Assembly: GCA_963818965.1 (NCBI GenBank)
Contig: CAWFUG010000011.1
Span: 64,001-128,000, forward strand
DNA from: an uncultured Verrucomicrobiae bacterium
Lineage (GTDB): Bacteria; Chlamydiota; Chlamydiia; Chlamydiales; Rhabdochlamydiaceae
Length of the DNA stretch: 64,000 nt
Direction: 5' to 3'
Shown here: one piece after another, positions 46,491 through 56,598 of the stretch
Layout: each line of letters opens with the position of its first letter
Position numbering within the stretch: position 1 is the stretch's first letter
Translations under genes and position numbers: made by a program
Notes under the pieces: model-generated
The model's input: only the letters and a program-made list of their open reading frames with translations
The model's database searches: none
Told to the model about the DNA's origin: nothing

Positions 46491-49151
46491 ATGCAATACT
46501 ACGGCAGGACGATCTTTCACCACCTGTTTTCCTGGGCGAGACGCGCGGAGTGGAAAGAGTTCGCCGTGTCCCAAGAAATCCGCGAGCATCTCTCACAATC
46601 CGCTAAAGTTCCCTTAAATGAGCTTTTTGCTCAGCTTAAGACGCAAGAGAAGGGATTGACACCAAGAGAAGCGCGGCAACGCCTCTTAGAATATGGACCA
46701 AATACCATCGTCTCTGAGCGCCCTATAACGTGGTACTACACGCTATTTAAGAATTTCGGAAACCCTTTTGTCTTGCTTCTTTTAGCTTTGAGCATCTTCT
46801 CCTATTTGCTTGGAGACATTCCCGGAATGACGATCATTTTGGTGATGGTGGTCTTGAGTGTTTTGATGCGCTTTATTCAGGAGTACCGCTCCAATAAATC
46901 TGCCGAAAAGCTCAAAGCGCTCGTCAGCAATAAAGCCACCGTTTACCGCGGATCAGATACGGTTCAGGAGATTCCCTTTCAGACACTGGTCCCAGGAGAC
47001 ATTGTATCCCTCTCTGCGGGAGACATGCTACCCGCAGATGTCCGATTGATCTCTTCTCACGACTTGTTCCTCAGCCAGGCTTCCCTGAATGGGGAGGCTT
47101 TCCCTTTAGAAAAGTCTGAGACGATGGATCCTAAACAGATGGAAAATAAGCCCCCTCTTGAAATGGCAAACCTCTGTCTGATGGGGACAAGCGTCGTGAG
47201 TGGCGTGGGGCGCGCAGTGGTGATCTCTACGGGCAGCCACACCTATTTCGGCTCGATCGCTAAGACGATCGTAGGTCTGCGCCCACCGACGAGCTTCGAC
47301 ATCGGGATCAACAAAGTCAGCTGGCTCTTAATCCGGATCATGCTCTTTATGGCCCCGGTTGTCTTCATCGTCAATGGGATCGGAAAAGGAGACTGGTTTG
47401 AATCGCTCCTATTCGCCCTCTCTGTCGCTGTAGGCCTAACCCCTGAAATGCTCCCGATGATCGTGACAAGTACACTTGCGAGGGGAGCTGTCGCGATGGC
47501 GCGCAGCAAAGTGGTCGTCAAGCAGCTCAATAGCATTCAGAACTTCGGTGCTATGAACATTTTGTGTACGGACAAAACGGGCACTCTGACAGAGGATCGG
47601 ATCATCTTAGAGCAGCATCTCGATCTCGATGGGCACTCTGATGAAAAAGTGCTCGATTTCGCCTATCTCAACAGCCATTTCCAAACAGGTCTTAAGAACT
47701 TGCTCGATGTCGCGATTTTGGAGCATAAGGATCGAGAAAAACCCCTCTTGGAAACATACAAAAAAATCGACGAGATCCCCTTCGATTTTTCGCGCAAGAG
47801 GATGTCTGTCATTGTACAATCTGATCCTGGAGAACACCTTCTGATCTGCAAGGGATCTTTTAGCACCATACTCTCCGCTTGCACGACAGCCCTGAACAAA
47901 GAGAACACTGTTTCCCTCTCTGAAGAGCTCATCGCAAAAGCCACCCATCTGCACGACACGCTGAATAATGAGGGCTTGAGAGTACTCGCAGTAGCCTACA
48001 AAAAAGTCCCGGCGAATACCGCTCAGGCTTACCACACAAAAGATGAAAACTCTCTTGTCTTAATGGGATTTCTCTCCTTTCTCGACCCTCCGAAACAAAC
48101 GGCTCCTCAGGCGATTCAAGAGCTCAAAACCCTCGGCATTAGCATCAAGGTGCTCACGGGAGACAATGAGGTCATTACGAAGAGGATCTGCGACTGGGTA
48201 GGGCTAGAGACGAAGGAAATCCTCTTAGGATCTGAAATCGACACACTGGATCCCCACGTTGTAGAAGAGAGGATCGAAAAGACGACTGTCTTTGCCAAGC
48301 TCAACCCCATGCACAAATCGCTCATCATCCACTACCTCAAATCAAAAGGGCATACAGTGGGCTATTTGGGAGATGGGATCAATGATGCACCCGCTCTTCG
48401 GGAGGCAGATCTCGGCATCTCCGTGAATACCGCAGCCGACATTGCCAAGGAATCCTCCGATATAATCATGCTCGAAAAGAGCCTACTCTTCCTAGGTCAA
48501 GGGGTCATCGAAGGACGAAAGACATTTGGGAATATCATCAAGTACATCAAAATGGCGATCAGTTCCAATTTCGGGAACGTCTTTAGTGTGATAGGAGCGA
48601 GCCTCTTTTTCCCTTTCCTCCCTATGCTTCCTCTCCAGCTCTTATTGCAGAACTTGCTCTACGACATCTCTCAAATCGCGATCCCCTTCGACAAAGTGGA
48701 TAAAGAATACCTCCTGGTGCCGCGTCGATGGGATCCCCAAGGGATCTCTCGATTCATGCTCTACCTCGGTCCGCTCAGCTCTATTTTCGACTACACGACT
48801 TTTGGGGTGATGTGGTTCATCTTTCAGGCGAATACCCCTGCAAAACAAGCACTCTTCCAATCGGGCTGGTTCGTCGAAGGACTTCTCTCTCAGGTCTTGA
48901 TCGTCCATATGATCCGCACGCAAAAAATCCCCTTTATCCAGAGTTTCCCAGCACCTGCTCTTCTTTTTATGACGCTGAGCGTGATGGTTATAGGGATCTT
49001 CATCCCTTATTCTTGGGTCGGCCACACCATTGGCCTAACGCCACTGCCTTCCTCTTATTTCCTATGGCTCATCCCCACGCTTCTCTGTTACTGCGCCACT
49101 GTCCAAATCGTCAAGTTATGGTTCATTAGAAAGTTCCAGTCTTGGTTGTAA
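46491..49151 (+). CDS. mgtA: magnesium-translocating P-type ATPase
   Basis: GLTPEMLP, DKTGT, TGDN, GDGIND, SSNFGN, HMIRT. Confidence 0.93.
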   Translation: MQYYGRTIFHHLFSWARRAEWKEFAVSQEIREHLSQSAKVPLNELFAQLKTQEKGLTPREARQRLLEYGPNTIVSERPITWYYTLFKNFGNPFVLLLLALSIFSYLLGDIPGMTIILVMVVLSVLMRFIQEYRSNKSAEKLKALVSNKATVYRGSDTVQEIPFQTLVPGDIVSLSAGDMLPADVRLISSHDLFLSQASLNGEAFPLEKSETMDPKQMENKPPLEMANLCLMGTSVVSGVGRAVVISTGSHTYFGSIAKTIVGLRPPTSFDIGINKVSWLLIRIMLFMAPVVFIVNGIGKGDWFESLLFALSVAVGLTPEMLPMIVTSTLARGAVAMARSKVVVKQLNSIQNFGAMNILCTDKTGTLTEDRIILEQHLDLDGHSDEKVLDFAYLNSHFQTGLKNLLDVAILEHKDREKPLLETYKKIDEIPFDFSRKRMSVIVQSDPGEHLLICKGSFSTILSACTTALNKENTVSLSEELIAKATHLHDTLNNEGLRVLAVAYKKVPANTAQAYHTKDENSLVLMGFLSFLDPPKQTAPQAIQELKTLGISIKVLTGDNEVITKRICDWVGLETKEILLGSEIDTLDPHVVEERIEKTTVFAKLNPMHKSLIIHYLKSKGHTVGYLGDGINDAPALREADLGISVNTAADIAKESSDIIMLEKSLLFLGQGVIEGRKTFGNIIKYIKMAISSNFGNVFSVIGASLFFPFLPMLPLQLLLQNLLYDISQIAIPFDKVDKEYLLVPRRWDPQGISRFMLYLGPLSSIFDYTTFGVMWFIFQANTPAKQALFQSGWFVEGLLSQVLIVHMIRTQKIPFIQSFPAPALLFMTLSVMVIGIFIPYSWVGHTIGLTPLPSSYFLWLIPTLLCYCATVQIVKLWFIRKFQSWL

Positions 49152-49191
49152 AATATCGTCCCTAGATTGTATAAGATCTCGTTATACCCAA

Positions 49192-50880
49192 ATGGACAAT
49201 CCCATGCGCAAAACCACAATACTTCTTCTCTCGTTCATTTCCCTATGCTCTTCTGTTTTTTCCACTGATTCTTCAATTTCTTTTGGCGTAAATAACACTT
49301 ATACCGATCACATACAACATTTCCAAAAACTCTTTACACACACTGAAATCGACTCTTTTCTCGAATTTGGGCTTGGGTTAGGGACAAAGCACTTTCTAGA
49401 CCACTGTAAAGAGGTGACCTCTTGCGAAATTCTCCTTCCTTCCCAATCTACGGAAGGGTTCGAGAGAGTACGTTCGCTTTTCTCAAGGGCCTCCCACTGG
49501 ACGCCCCTCTTAAAACGCGCTAGCCCGTCCATGCAATGCGCAGATCGGCTGCTTGGCGAAGAAAAAAAAGATCCCTCTTTCTATGACGCCACCTACATAC
49601 TCGAGCTCAAAGAGATTTGCGATGAGCTCTTTGCAAAAAAAGCGTTCGAGGTCGCCTTCGTCGCTCCTGAATTTCATATGAGAGGCGATTTGGTCAATGA
49701 ACTCTTCGGACGCACTCCCATCATCGTCGCGCACGCCACTAATAATCCCTCCTATCTATGGAACAAAGTAGACACCCCCTCTGATTATGAAAAGATCACC
49801 TTTACCCAAGGAGAGGGAACGACTTTTTGGATCCACAAAGATCTAATAGATCTCATCACTGCGCTCAAAGGAGCCCCTCCCTCCCCCATTTCTAACGGAA
49901 AAAAATTGCGCATTTTTTTTCCCGATATGCACGGGACATTCACTCAGTCGATGCTCACTGCGATGAGCGCCCTAGGGCATACACTGGTCCTACCAGGCGA
50001 ATCGTTTAACCCAAAGTCTTCCTCACGTAGAGGACATAAACTCCATCAGACCGCTTTTTACAAAAAAGACCCCTCCCATCCTTTCGAAGTGATAGAAAAC
50101 GATGAAATTTTATCCAACCCGCCCGACATTCTCTGTGTTAATTGCATTGAATCATCCCGTGAGGTTTGCAGGATCTGGCGGCATTTAAAGGAGCTTGGCT
50201 ACTCTCCTAAACTCATGCACTACTCTGGGAATAACGACGTTGGATACGATACGAGCTTCGTTAAAAACCTCATCGCGACTGATGCCTATACCGCAAACCG
50301 ATTCGATCCCTCTAAAGTCAATATCATCTCCTGGATCCCCTGGATCGATTTTGAACAACTCCCCTTTGAAGGAGTGAGTGATCATCCCGTTATCAATACC
50401 TACCTCGGGCATTATTACCATGGGGGGTCACTGCAAAAAAGCGCTGCATGTTTCTATGAAACAGTGCATCGAGCTGCAGCAGATTTTCCTGACGTCTCTA
50501 TTGGGCTATTTCCCTTAGAACATCAATTTCTATCCCATGAAGAACTCTTAAGCCACATCACTCTCAGCTGTGCTACCTTGCAAATTAAAGAGACAGAAGG
50601 GCTCGGCTATACGATCATCGAGAGCCTCGCAAAAGGAAGACCCCTCTTTTTGAAGCGCTCTTTTTCGACAGGAAACCGGCTCATGAATTGGTGTATCGAG
50701 GGAAAAACCGCTTTTTTCTTCGACAGCTATGAAGAATTTCGGGATAAATTTCAAAAATACATAGAAGATCGGGAATACCGCCATCGGATCCAAAGAGAAT
50801 GCGCGACGACCGTGCGCCGCTTGATCGACAATGAAAAGCAGCTGAAGATCTTGGAGAATTTCATCAACAATCTAGAGTAA
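49192..50880 (+). CDS. two-domain protein with C-terminal glycosyltransferase (GT-B-like) domain
   Basis: Signal-like N-terminus, FLEFGLGLGT, C-terminal EGLGYTIIESLAKGRP. Confidence 0.6.
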   Translation: MDNPMRKTTILLLSFISLCSSVFSTDSSISFGVNNTYTDHIQHFQKLFTHTEIDSFLEFGLGLGTKHFLDHCKEVTSCEILLPSQSTEGFERVRSLFSRASHWTPLLKRASPSMQCADRLLGEEKKDPSFYDATYILELKEICDELFAKKAFEVAFVAPEFHMRGDLVNELFGRTPIIVAHATNNPSYLWNKVDTPSDYEKITFTQGEGTTFWIHKDLIDLITALKGAPPSPISNGKKLRIFFPDMHGTFTQSMLTAMSALGHTLVLPGESFNPKSSSRRGHKLHQTAFYKKDPSHPFEVIENDEILSNPPDILCVNCIESSREVCRIWRHLKELGYSPKLMHYSGNNDVGYDTSFVKNLIATDAYTANRFDPSKVNIISWIPWIDFEQLPFEGVSDHPVINTYLGHYYHGGSLQKSAACFYETVHRAAADFPDVSIGLFPLEHQFLSHEELLSHITLSCATLQIKETEGLGYTIIESLAKGRPLFLKRSFSTGNRLMNWCIEGKTAFFFDSYEEFRDKFQKYIEDREYRHRIQRECATTVRRLIDNEKQLKILENFINNLE

Positions 50881-50896
50881 ACTGGGATAGGTTCGC

Positions 50897-52274
50897 ATGC
50901 TCTTTCTGTCGATCGCACAACCTGAGTCAATTCCACATACTCCTCATGAGACAGTCGGCCTTGAGCTGCGGCTAGATCTTTTTCAAACTATTGATACAGA
51001 GCACATTAAGAACTTACTCCAAAACACCACCCATCCTGTTCTCTTAACCCTGCGCAAGACCTCTCAAGGGGGAAAGTTTCGAGGAACAGAGCGGGAAAGA
51101 GAAGGGCTGATCGAGCAGCTCCTGACCCTAAATCCTCCCCTTTTCGACCTCGAATATGACATGAGACCGGCATTCCTTCAAGAAATGATGCAAAGACACC
51201 CCCTGACCCAGTTTCTCCTCTCTTACCATGATTTTCAAAGCATTCCAGCCGATTTGGAGGAGATCTACCATTCCATGCAAGACCTTCCCGCTTTCAGCTA
51301 CAAAATCGCCGTGAGGGTTCGTTCTACAAATGAAGCGCTTAAGGTACTCCTCTTCGCCAAAAAATATCCAAAAATAAGCGTCGTTTGTATGGGAGCGGAA
51401 GGAGCGTTTGCCCGCGTACTCGGGCCCATTGTCGGAAATCAGATCGATTACGCGAGCGTCGATTCTAAAGAGAAAACGGGGCCAGGACAGCTATCCGAAC
51501 GAGAATTCATGGATATTTACCACTACCCCTCCCTAAACCCTGCCACGGCCATTTATGGGCTCATCGGAGATCCAATTGAACACAGCATCGGACATCTCCA
51601 CCACAACGCCGTTTTTCGAAAACGCAACCAAAACGCTGTCTATGTGAAGATGACCGTCAAACCAGAGGAGCTAGCTGAATTTATCCCTCTTGCAAAAGCA
51701 TTAGGGATGCGGGGGCTCAGCGTGACAGCTCCCCTCAAAGAAGCGATCATCCCTTTTGTCGATGAGTTAGATGACGCCGCACGGCAAATAGGAGCGGTCA
51801 ACACCCTCCTCTTTAAAGAAGGGCGCATCCTGGGAACGAATACAGATGGAGTCGGAGCTCTCGATGCGATTGAAAACAAGCTCCCTGTTTCTGGCAAAAA
51901 AGTGGTGCTTCTCGGCGCAGGCGGCGCAGCGCGCAGCATCGCCTTTGAAGCAAAGAGGCGCGGTGCCGCTGTCTTAGTGCTCAATAGAACCCCTCAGCGT
52001 GCTCAGCAGCTCGCAGCCGATCTCGGCTGCGCAGCAGGAAACCTCGCTGAAGTTCCCGATCGATTACGACATTCTCATCAACTGCTCTTCTCACCCTCAA
52101 GCGATTGATCCAGAGAAGATCTTGCCAGAAACTGTCTCAATGGACGTCGTCTATTCCCCTAAAGAAACCCCCTTTCTCAAAGAAGCCGCATTAAAAAACT
52201 GCTCAATCGTGTACGGAGAGGAGATGTTCTTGAATCAGGCAGCGCGGCAAACAGCTTTTTGGATCGAATCATGA
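50897..52274 (+). pseudogene. aroDE: bifunctional 3-dehydroquinate dehydratase / shikimate dehydrogenase, frameshifted near 52055
   Basis: ELRLD, SYHDF (AroD); SVTAPLKE, GAVNT, NTD, GAGGAA (AroE); DILIN, DVVY.P.ET and GEEMF..QA continue in the +1 frame. Confidence 0.85.
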
Positions 52275-53335
52275 AAAAAATGCTCATTCAGCCCTTCCTG
52301 ACACCGCCTTCTACTGAAATCTATTTCGGGGAAGGTTTTCTCAGAGATGCCGTCACCACATTCTTAGCTCCCTTAAAGAAAAAAGTGGTCATCATCGCCG
52401 ATTCAACGGTTGCAGATCTATACGCCACAGATCTCGCGAAGTGCATCCCTGCCACACTTCTTACAATCGACAGCGGAGAAAAAACCAAGACTCAAGAGAC
52501 AGTGACCCATCTGATCGAACAGCTTTTTACAATCGGTGCAGGAAGAGACACTACTCTCATCGCACTAGGCGGAGGGGTGACGACAGATGTCGTCGGCTTT
52601 GTCGCTTCCATTTATATGCGTGGAATTTCTCTCCTACTCATTCCGACCACTCTTATAGGCTGCGTCGATGCTGCAATTGGGGGGAAAACGGGAATCGACA
52701 CACGCTATGGAAAGAATCTCATTGGAACTATTTACCATCCAAAAGCTGTTTTCATCGACTTGAATACCCTAAAGACCCTTCCTGAAAAAGAATGGCGCCA
52801 TGGTTTTTCTGAAGTTTTGAAAATGGGACTCATTCAGGATCCCTCGATCTGGGAACTCTCTGGAAAAAATAGGAAAGATCCGAACCTTATCCTCAAAGCC
52901 ATTGAAGGGAAAATCACCGTAGTCGAACAAGACCCTAATGAGCACGGACTGAGGCGCATTTTAAACTTCGGACACACGATCGGCCATGCGTTGGAAGCTA
53001 CAGCCCACTATGAAATGCCTCATGGAGAAGCTGTCGCTCTCGGTTGTGTGGTAGAGAGCTATTTAAGTAAAGAGCTGGGTTATCTCTCAGAAAAGGAGTT
53101 TCTGGACATTCAGGAGAAATATGCTTTCTTTTCCCTTAAGTTACCTGAGACTTATAACCGAGACAAACTCTTGAAGGCGATGTCCCACGACAAAAAAAGG
53201 CAAGCGGGAGAAATCCGTTTTGTCCTCATCGATCAGATCGGACATGCGCTCCCCTTTGAAGGGACCTATTGCCGGACTGTTTCGTTAGACCAATTAGACT
53301 CTACGCTCCAGTGGATGGAAAGTACTTACTTATGA
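52271..53335 (+). CDS. aroB: 3-dehydroquinate synthase
   Basis: GGGVTTD, PTTL...DAAIGGKTG, LNFGHTIGHA, HGEAV. Confidence 0.95.
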   Translation: MKKMLIQPFLTPPSTEIYFGEGFLRDAVTTFLAPLKKKVVIIADSTVADLYATDLAKCIPATLLTIDSGEKTKTQETVTHLIEQLFTIGAGRDTTLIALGGGVTTDVVGFVASIYMRGISLLLIPTTLIGCVDAAIGGKTGIDTRYGKNLIGTIYHPKAVFIDLNTLKTLPEKEWRHGFSEVLKMGLIQDPSIWELSGKNRKDPNLILKAIEGKITVVEQDPNEHGLRRILNFGHTIGHALEATAHYEMPHGEAVALGCVVESYLSKELGYLSEKEFLDIQEKYAFFSLKLPETYNRDKLLKAMSHDKKRQAGEIRFVLIDQIGHALPFEGTYCRTVSLDQLDSTLQWMESTYL

Positions 53336-54732
53336 ATTTATTGCAGAGCATTCGAGTGCCCGGTTCGAAAAGCTATACCAATCGCGCGCTGATCATGGCT
53401 GCGCTCGCAAAGGGGCCTGTCGTCTTAAAAAATCCCTTGCATAGCGATGACACTGAGGCGATGATCGATTGTTTAAGAACCCTGGGGGTAGACATTCAAA
53501 CACCCCCCAACCAAATCATCGTCCATGGCCCTGTCAGCCCTATCGCAGACAAGAGCTACCAGTTGTCCGCACGGGATTCTGGCACTACGGTTCGGTTTCT
53601 GTTGGCTTTACTGTGTATTGTGCCAGGCGTGAAGACGATCCAGGGCAGCAAGCGGCTCAATGAGAGGCCCATCACCGATTTAGTGGATGCTTTGCAAGAA
53701 CTAGGCGCCCAGATTGAATATGGCGAGAAAGAAGGAATGCTCCCCGTAACAGTCACTACCTCTTCCCTATCTGGCAATTCTGTTCATCTCAAGAGCGATT
53801 TGAGCAGTCAATTTTGTTCCGCACTCCTTCTCATCTCTCCCTACATCCCACAAGGGCTTACTCTCCATAGGATAGGCCCCACCCTTTCAAAACCTTACAT
53901 CGAGATGACCCTTCGCTGTATGGAAGAATGGGGCGTAAAGGTATACCGCGCCCGGTCAGGAATTGCGAATTTGAGCGCGTCAAAGCCCCGCGATTCCACG
54001 ATCGAAAAGGGGGCCAGTATTGAGGAAATACAGGCCCCCTTTTCGATCGTGGAATCGCGGGAGCTGATCAAAAACTCAAATTCGCAATTCCTGACCGGGC
54101 GCGGTATAATAGCAAAAGAAAACGAGAGTTATTTTGTCCCAGCGGGCCAATGTTATCGGAAAAAAGAGTACGTGATCGAAGGCGATTTTTCGAGTGCCGG
54201 GTATTTTTTTGCCATCGCCGCCTTAATACAGTCGACGATCACTGTAGAAAATTTAAATCCTTTCTCTTTACAAGCAGACCGAAAGTTTTTGGATATTTTG
54301 GCGAAGATGGGAAACGTTATAACCTATGGCGAAAATGAGATCTGTGTCCAAGGAAAACAAATTATTCCCTTAAGTGTGGACATGGAAGACTGTCCCGATC
54401 AAGTCATGACTCTAGCGGTATTAGCTGCCTTTGCAGACGGCGTTACCCACATCTCAGGGGTGCGCTCTTTGCGCTACAAAGAGACAGAGCGCGTTTTAGC
54501 CCTTAAAAAAGAATTGGGAAAAATGGGAATTAAAACAGAGGACACCTACGATACCCTGACGATTTACGGCGGATCTCCTCACGCAGCTGAAATCGACACC
54601 TATAATGATCACAGAATGGCCATGGCTTTTGCTGTTGCTACAATGCGGCTTGAAGGAATGAGCATTCGCCATCCTGAGGTCGTGAATAAGACCTTCCCGA
54701 CCTTTTGGGAAGTTTTAGGGAGTTTGAGATGA
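53332..54732 (+). CDS. aroA: EPSP synthase containing a 55-aa MITE-derived insertion
   Basis: PGSKSYTNR, SGTTVRF, SSQF, KETER, DHRMAM, KTFP; ATGA overlap with aroB. Confidence 0.95.
   Translation: MNLLQSIRVPGSKSYTNRALIMAALAKGPVVLKNPLHSDDTEAMIDCLRTLGVDIQTPPNQIIVHGPVSPIADKSYQLSARDSGTTVRFLLALLCIVPGVKTIQGSKRLNERPITDLVDALQELGAQIEYGEKEGMLPVTVTTSSLSGNSVHLKSDLSSQFCSALLLISPYIPQGLTLHRIGPTLSKPYIEMTLRCMEEWGVKVYRARSGIANLSASKPRDSTIEKGASIEEIQAPFSIVESRELIKNSNSQFLTGRGIIAKENESYFVPAGQCYRKKEYVIEGDFSSAGYFFAIAALIQSTITVENLNPFSLQADRKFLDILAKMGNVITYGENEICVQGKQIIPLSVDMEDCPDQVMTLAVLAAFADGVTHISGVRSLRYKETERVLALKKELGKMGIKTEDTYDTLTIYGGSPHAAEIDTYNDHRMAMAFAVATMRLEGMSIRHPEVVNKTFPTFWEVLGSLR
53942..54108. mobile_element. palindromic MITE family A2 inserted in frame in aroA
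   Basis: 167 bp: 34-bp perfect outer arms, 29-bp perfect inner arms; TA duplication. Confidence 0.95.
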
Positions 54733-55235
54733 ATATCGTTTTGATCGGTTTTATGGGTGCTGGAAAATCGAGCGTAGCAAAGCACTTGAGTCAGCGGATG
54801 GGTCTTCTCCACGTCGAAACAGATGAACTCGTCTACAAAAAAACAGATACCAAAAATATGCATGAGGTATTTGCACAGGGAGGAGAGCTGCTTTTGCGTG
54901 AGACGGAAATTGCCATTGCAAGAGAATACGCAGCGAAAAAAAATCTGGTCCTCTCCACAGGCGGTGGAATCATACTCAATAAAATCGCTCTCGATTATTT
55001 CAAAAATAAGGGTGGGAAAGTGATTTTCTTAAATGCTAGCTTTGCTACCATCGCACAGCGATTGGCAGAAGATGATTCAAGGCCCTTGTTCAAACAAGCC
55101 GCAAGCGCAAAAGAGCTCTACGATTTTCGGTTCCCCCTTTATTTGAATTACGCAGATGAAGTGATCGACGTCGATTCCCTATCGGTAGATGAAATTGTAG
55201 AGAAGATCAAAGAAAGGGTGGCAGATGGCCTCTAA
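54729..55235 (+). CDS. aroK: shikimate kinase
   Basis: IGFMGAGKS, R..E, STGGG, RPL. Confidence 0.93.
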   Translation: MNIVLIGFMGAGKSSVAKHLSQRMGLLHVETDELVYKKTDTKNMHEVFAQGGELLLRETEIAIAREYAAKKNLVLSTGGGIILNKIALDYFKNKGGKVIFLNASFATIAQRLAEDDSRPLFKQAASAKELYDFRFPLYLNYADEVIDVDSLSVDEIVEKIKERVADGL

Positions 55236-56319
55236 TTTTTTTGGACAGATTTTTCGCATCACCACCTTTGGGGAATCGCATGGGCCAGGCATCGGCGTCG
55301 TCATCGATGGGTGCCCTGCCGGATTGCCTTTGACAAATCAAGATATCGAAGAACAATTGGCCTTTAGGCGGCCCGGTACAAATGCCTACACTTCCCCTCG
55401 GAAAGAAGCAGATCTAGCCGAAATCCTCTCTGGAGTCTTCGAGGGGAAGACCACAGGGGCACCGCTGACCATTTTCATTCGCAATAAAGATGTAGACAGC
55501 TCCTCCTATGAAGCCATTAAAGAGCTCTATCGTCCGGGCCACGCCAACTTCACCTACCTAGAAAAATATGGGATCTTCGACTATCGAGGAGGAGGGAGAT
55601 CCTCCGCAAGAGAAACCGCAGCCCGCGTTGCAGCGGGTGCAGTGGCGAAAAAACTACTGAAGAGGCACCAGATCGAATGCACAGCCTTTGTCTTTGAAAT
55701 CGGAGGGATCGCCATCCCCGATCCCGATCTAGCGCATTTGGACACTTTGCGAGAAAAAACCTATGCGAGTCCGATCTTTTGTCCTGACGAAAAAACCGCA
55801 CAGGCGATGATGGAAAAAATCGCTCAAGCCAAGGAAGATAACGATTCGGTAGGGGGTATCGTCGCTTGTGTCGCCCATGCCCCAGTCGGATTGGGAGATC
55901 CCGTCTATTGCAAACTAGAAGCGCTGCTGGCCTTTGCCATGCTCTCCCTGCCAGCGACTAAAGGGTTTGAGATTGGGTCGGGGTTTGAAGCGGCTAGAAT
56001 GAAGGGATCTGAGCACAATGATCTCTTCACTACCGACAGCGAAGGGCACGTTCATACAGCTAGCAACTGCGCAGGGGGGACCTTAGGGGGAATCTCTACC
56101 GGCTCCCCTCTTTTCTTCAAAGTCGCCTTCAAACCCCCCTCGAGCATTAAAAAGCCCCAAGCGACGGTTAATCTCAAGGGAGAAAAAGTCACCCTTCAAC
56201 TTCCAGAAACGGGGCGACACGACCCTTGTGTCGCCATTCGCGCCGTGCCCATCATCGAAGCGATGACAGCGCTCGTCCTCGTAGATGCGCTCCTCATGAA
56301 CAGAAGTTCAAAACTGTAA
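55225..56319 (+). CDS. aroC: chorismate synthase
   Basis: TFGESHG, RPGHA, GGGRSSARET, GRHDPCV. Confidence 0.96.
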   Translation: MASNFFGQIFRITTFGESHGPGIGVVIDGCPAGLPLTNQDIEEQLAFRRPGTNAYTSPRKEADLAEILSGVFEGKTTGAPLTIFIRNKDVDSSSYEAIKELYRPGHANFTYLEKYGIFDYRGGGRSSARETAARVAAGAVAKKLLKRHQIECTAFVFEIGGIAIPDPDLAHLDTLREKTYASPIFCPDEKTAQAMMEKIAQAKEDNDSVGGIVACVAHAPVGLGDPVYCKLEALLAFAMLSLPATKGFEIGSGFEAARMKGSEHNDLFTTDSEGHVHTASNCAGGTLGGISTGSPLFFKVAFKPPSSIKKPQATVNLKGEKVTLQLPETGRHDPCVAIRAVPIIEAMTALVLVDALLMNRSSKL

Positions 56320-56342
56320 TCATGAGACGTTGCCGCAAAGGG

Positions 56343-56381
56343 AGGGGAAAACCACAGAGAGCACAGAGCACACAGAGAGAA
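56343..56381. repeat. CCACAGAG-type repeat (family E), half copy
   Basis: AGGGGAAAACCACAGAGAGCACAGAGCACACAGAGAG. Confidence 0.7.
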
Positions 56382-56428
56382 AATGAAAAAATATACGTCC
56401 ACAAACACCTGGTAATCAGGGTTCTATC

Positions 56429-56598
56429 TATACCCCTTCCACCTCAATCGTAACCACAAGCAAACCGATTAAAAGCCTCAAAATTCGAACCAAAGGTCGG
56501 GGTCAATATTGAATTTAATATTAACCCCGACCTTTGATTCGAATTTTGAGAACTTTTCATTCGGTTTTCTTGGGTACGATTGAGGTGGAAGGGGTATA
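56429..56598. mobile_element. palindromic MITE family B, 170 bp, TA-flanked
   Basis: TATACCCCTTCCACCTCAATCGTA / TACGATTGAGGTGGAAGGGGTATA ends plus a long inner hairpin. Confidence 0.9.

Noticed and set aside
53942..54108. Intein or self-splicing intron interpretation of the aroA insert
   Set aside because: No Cys/Ser start or His-Asn end, too short, and clearly a dispersed TA-flanked palindrome
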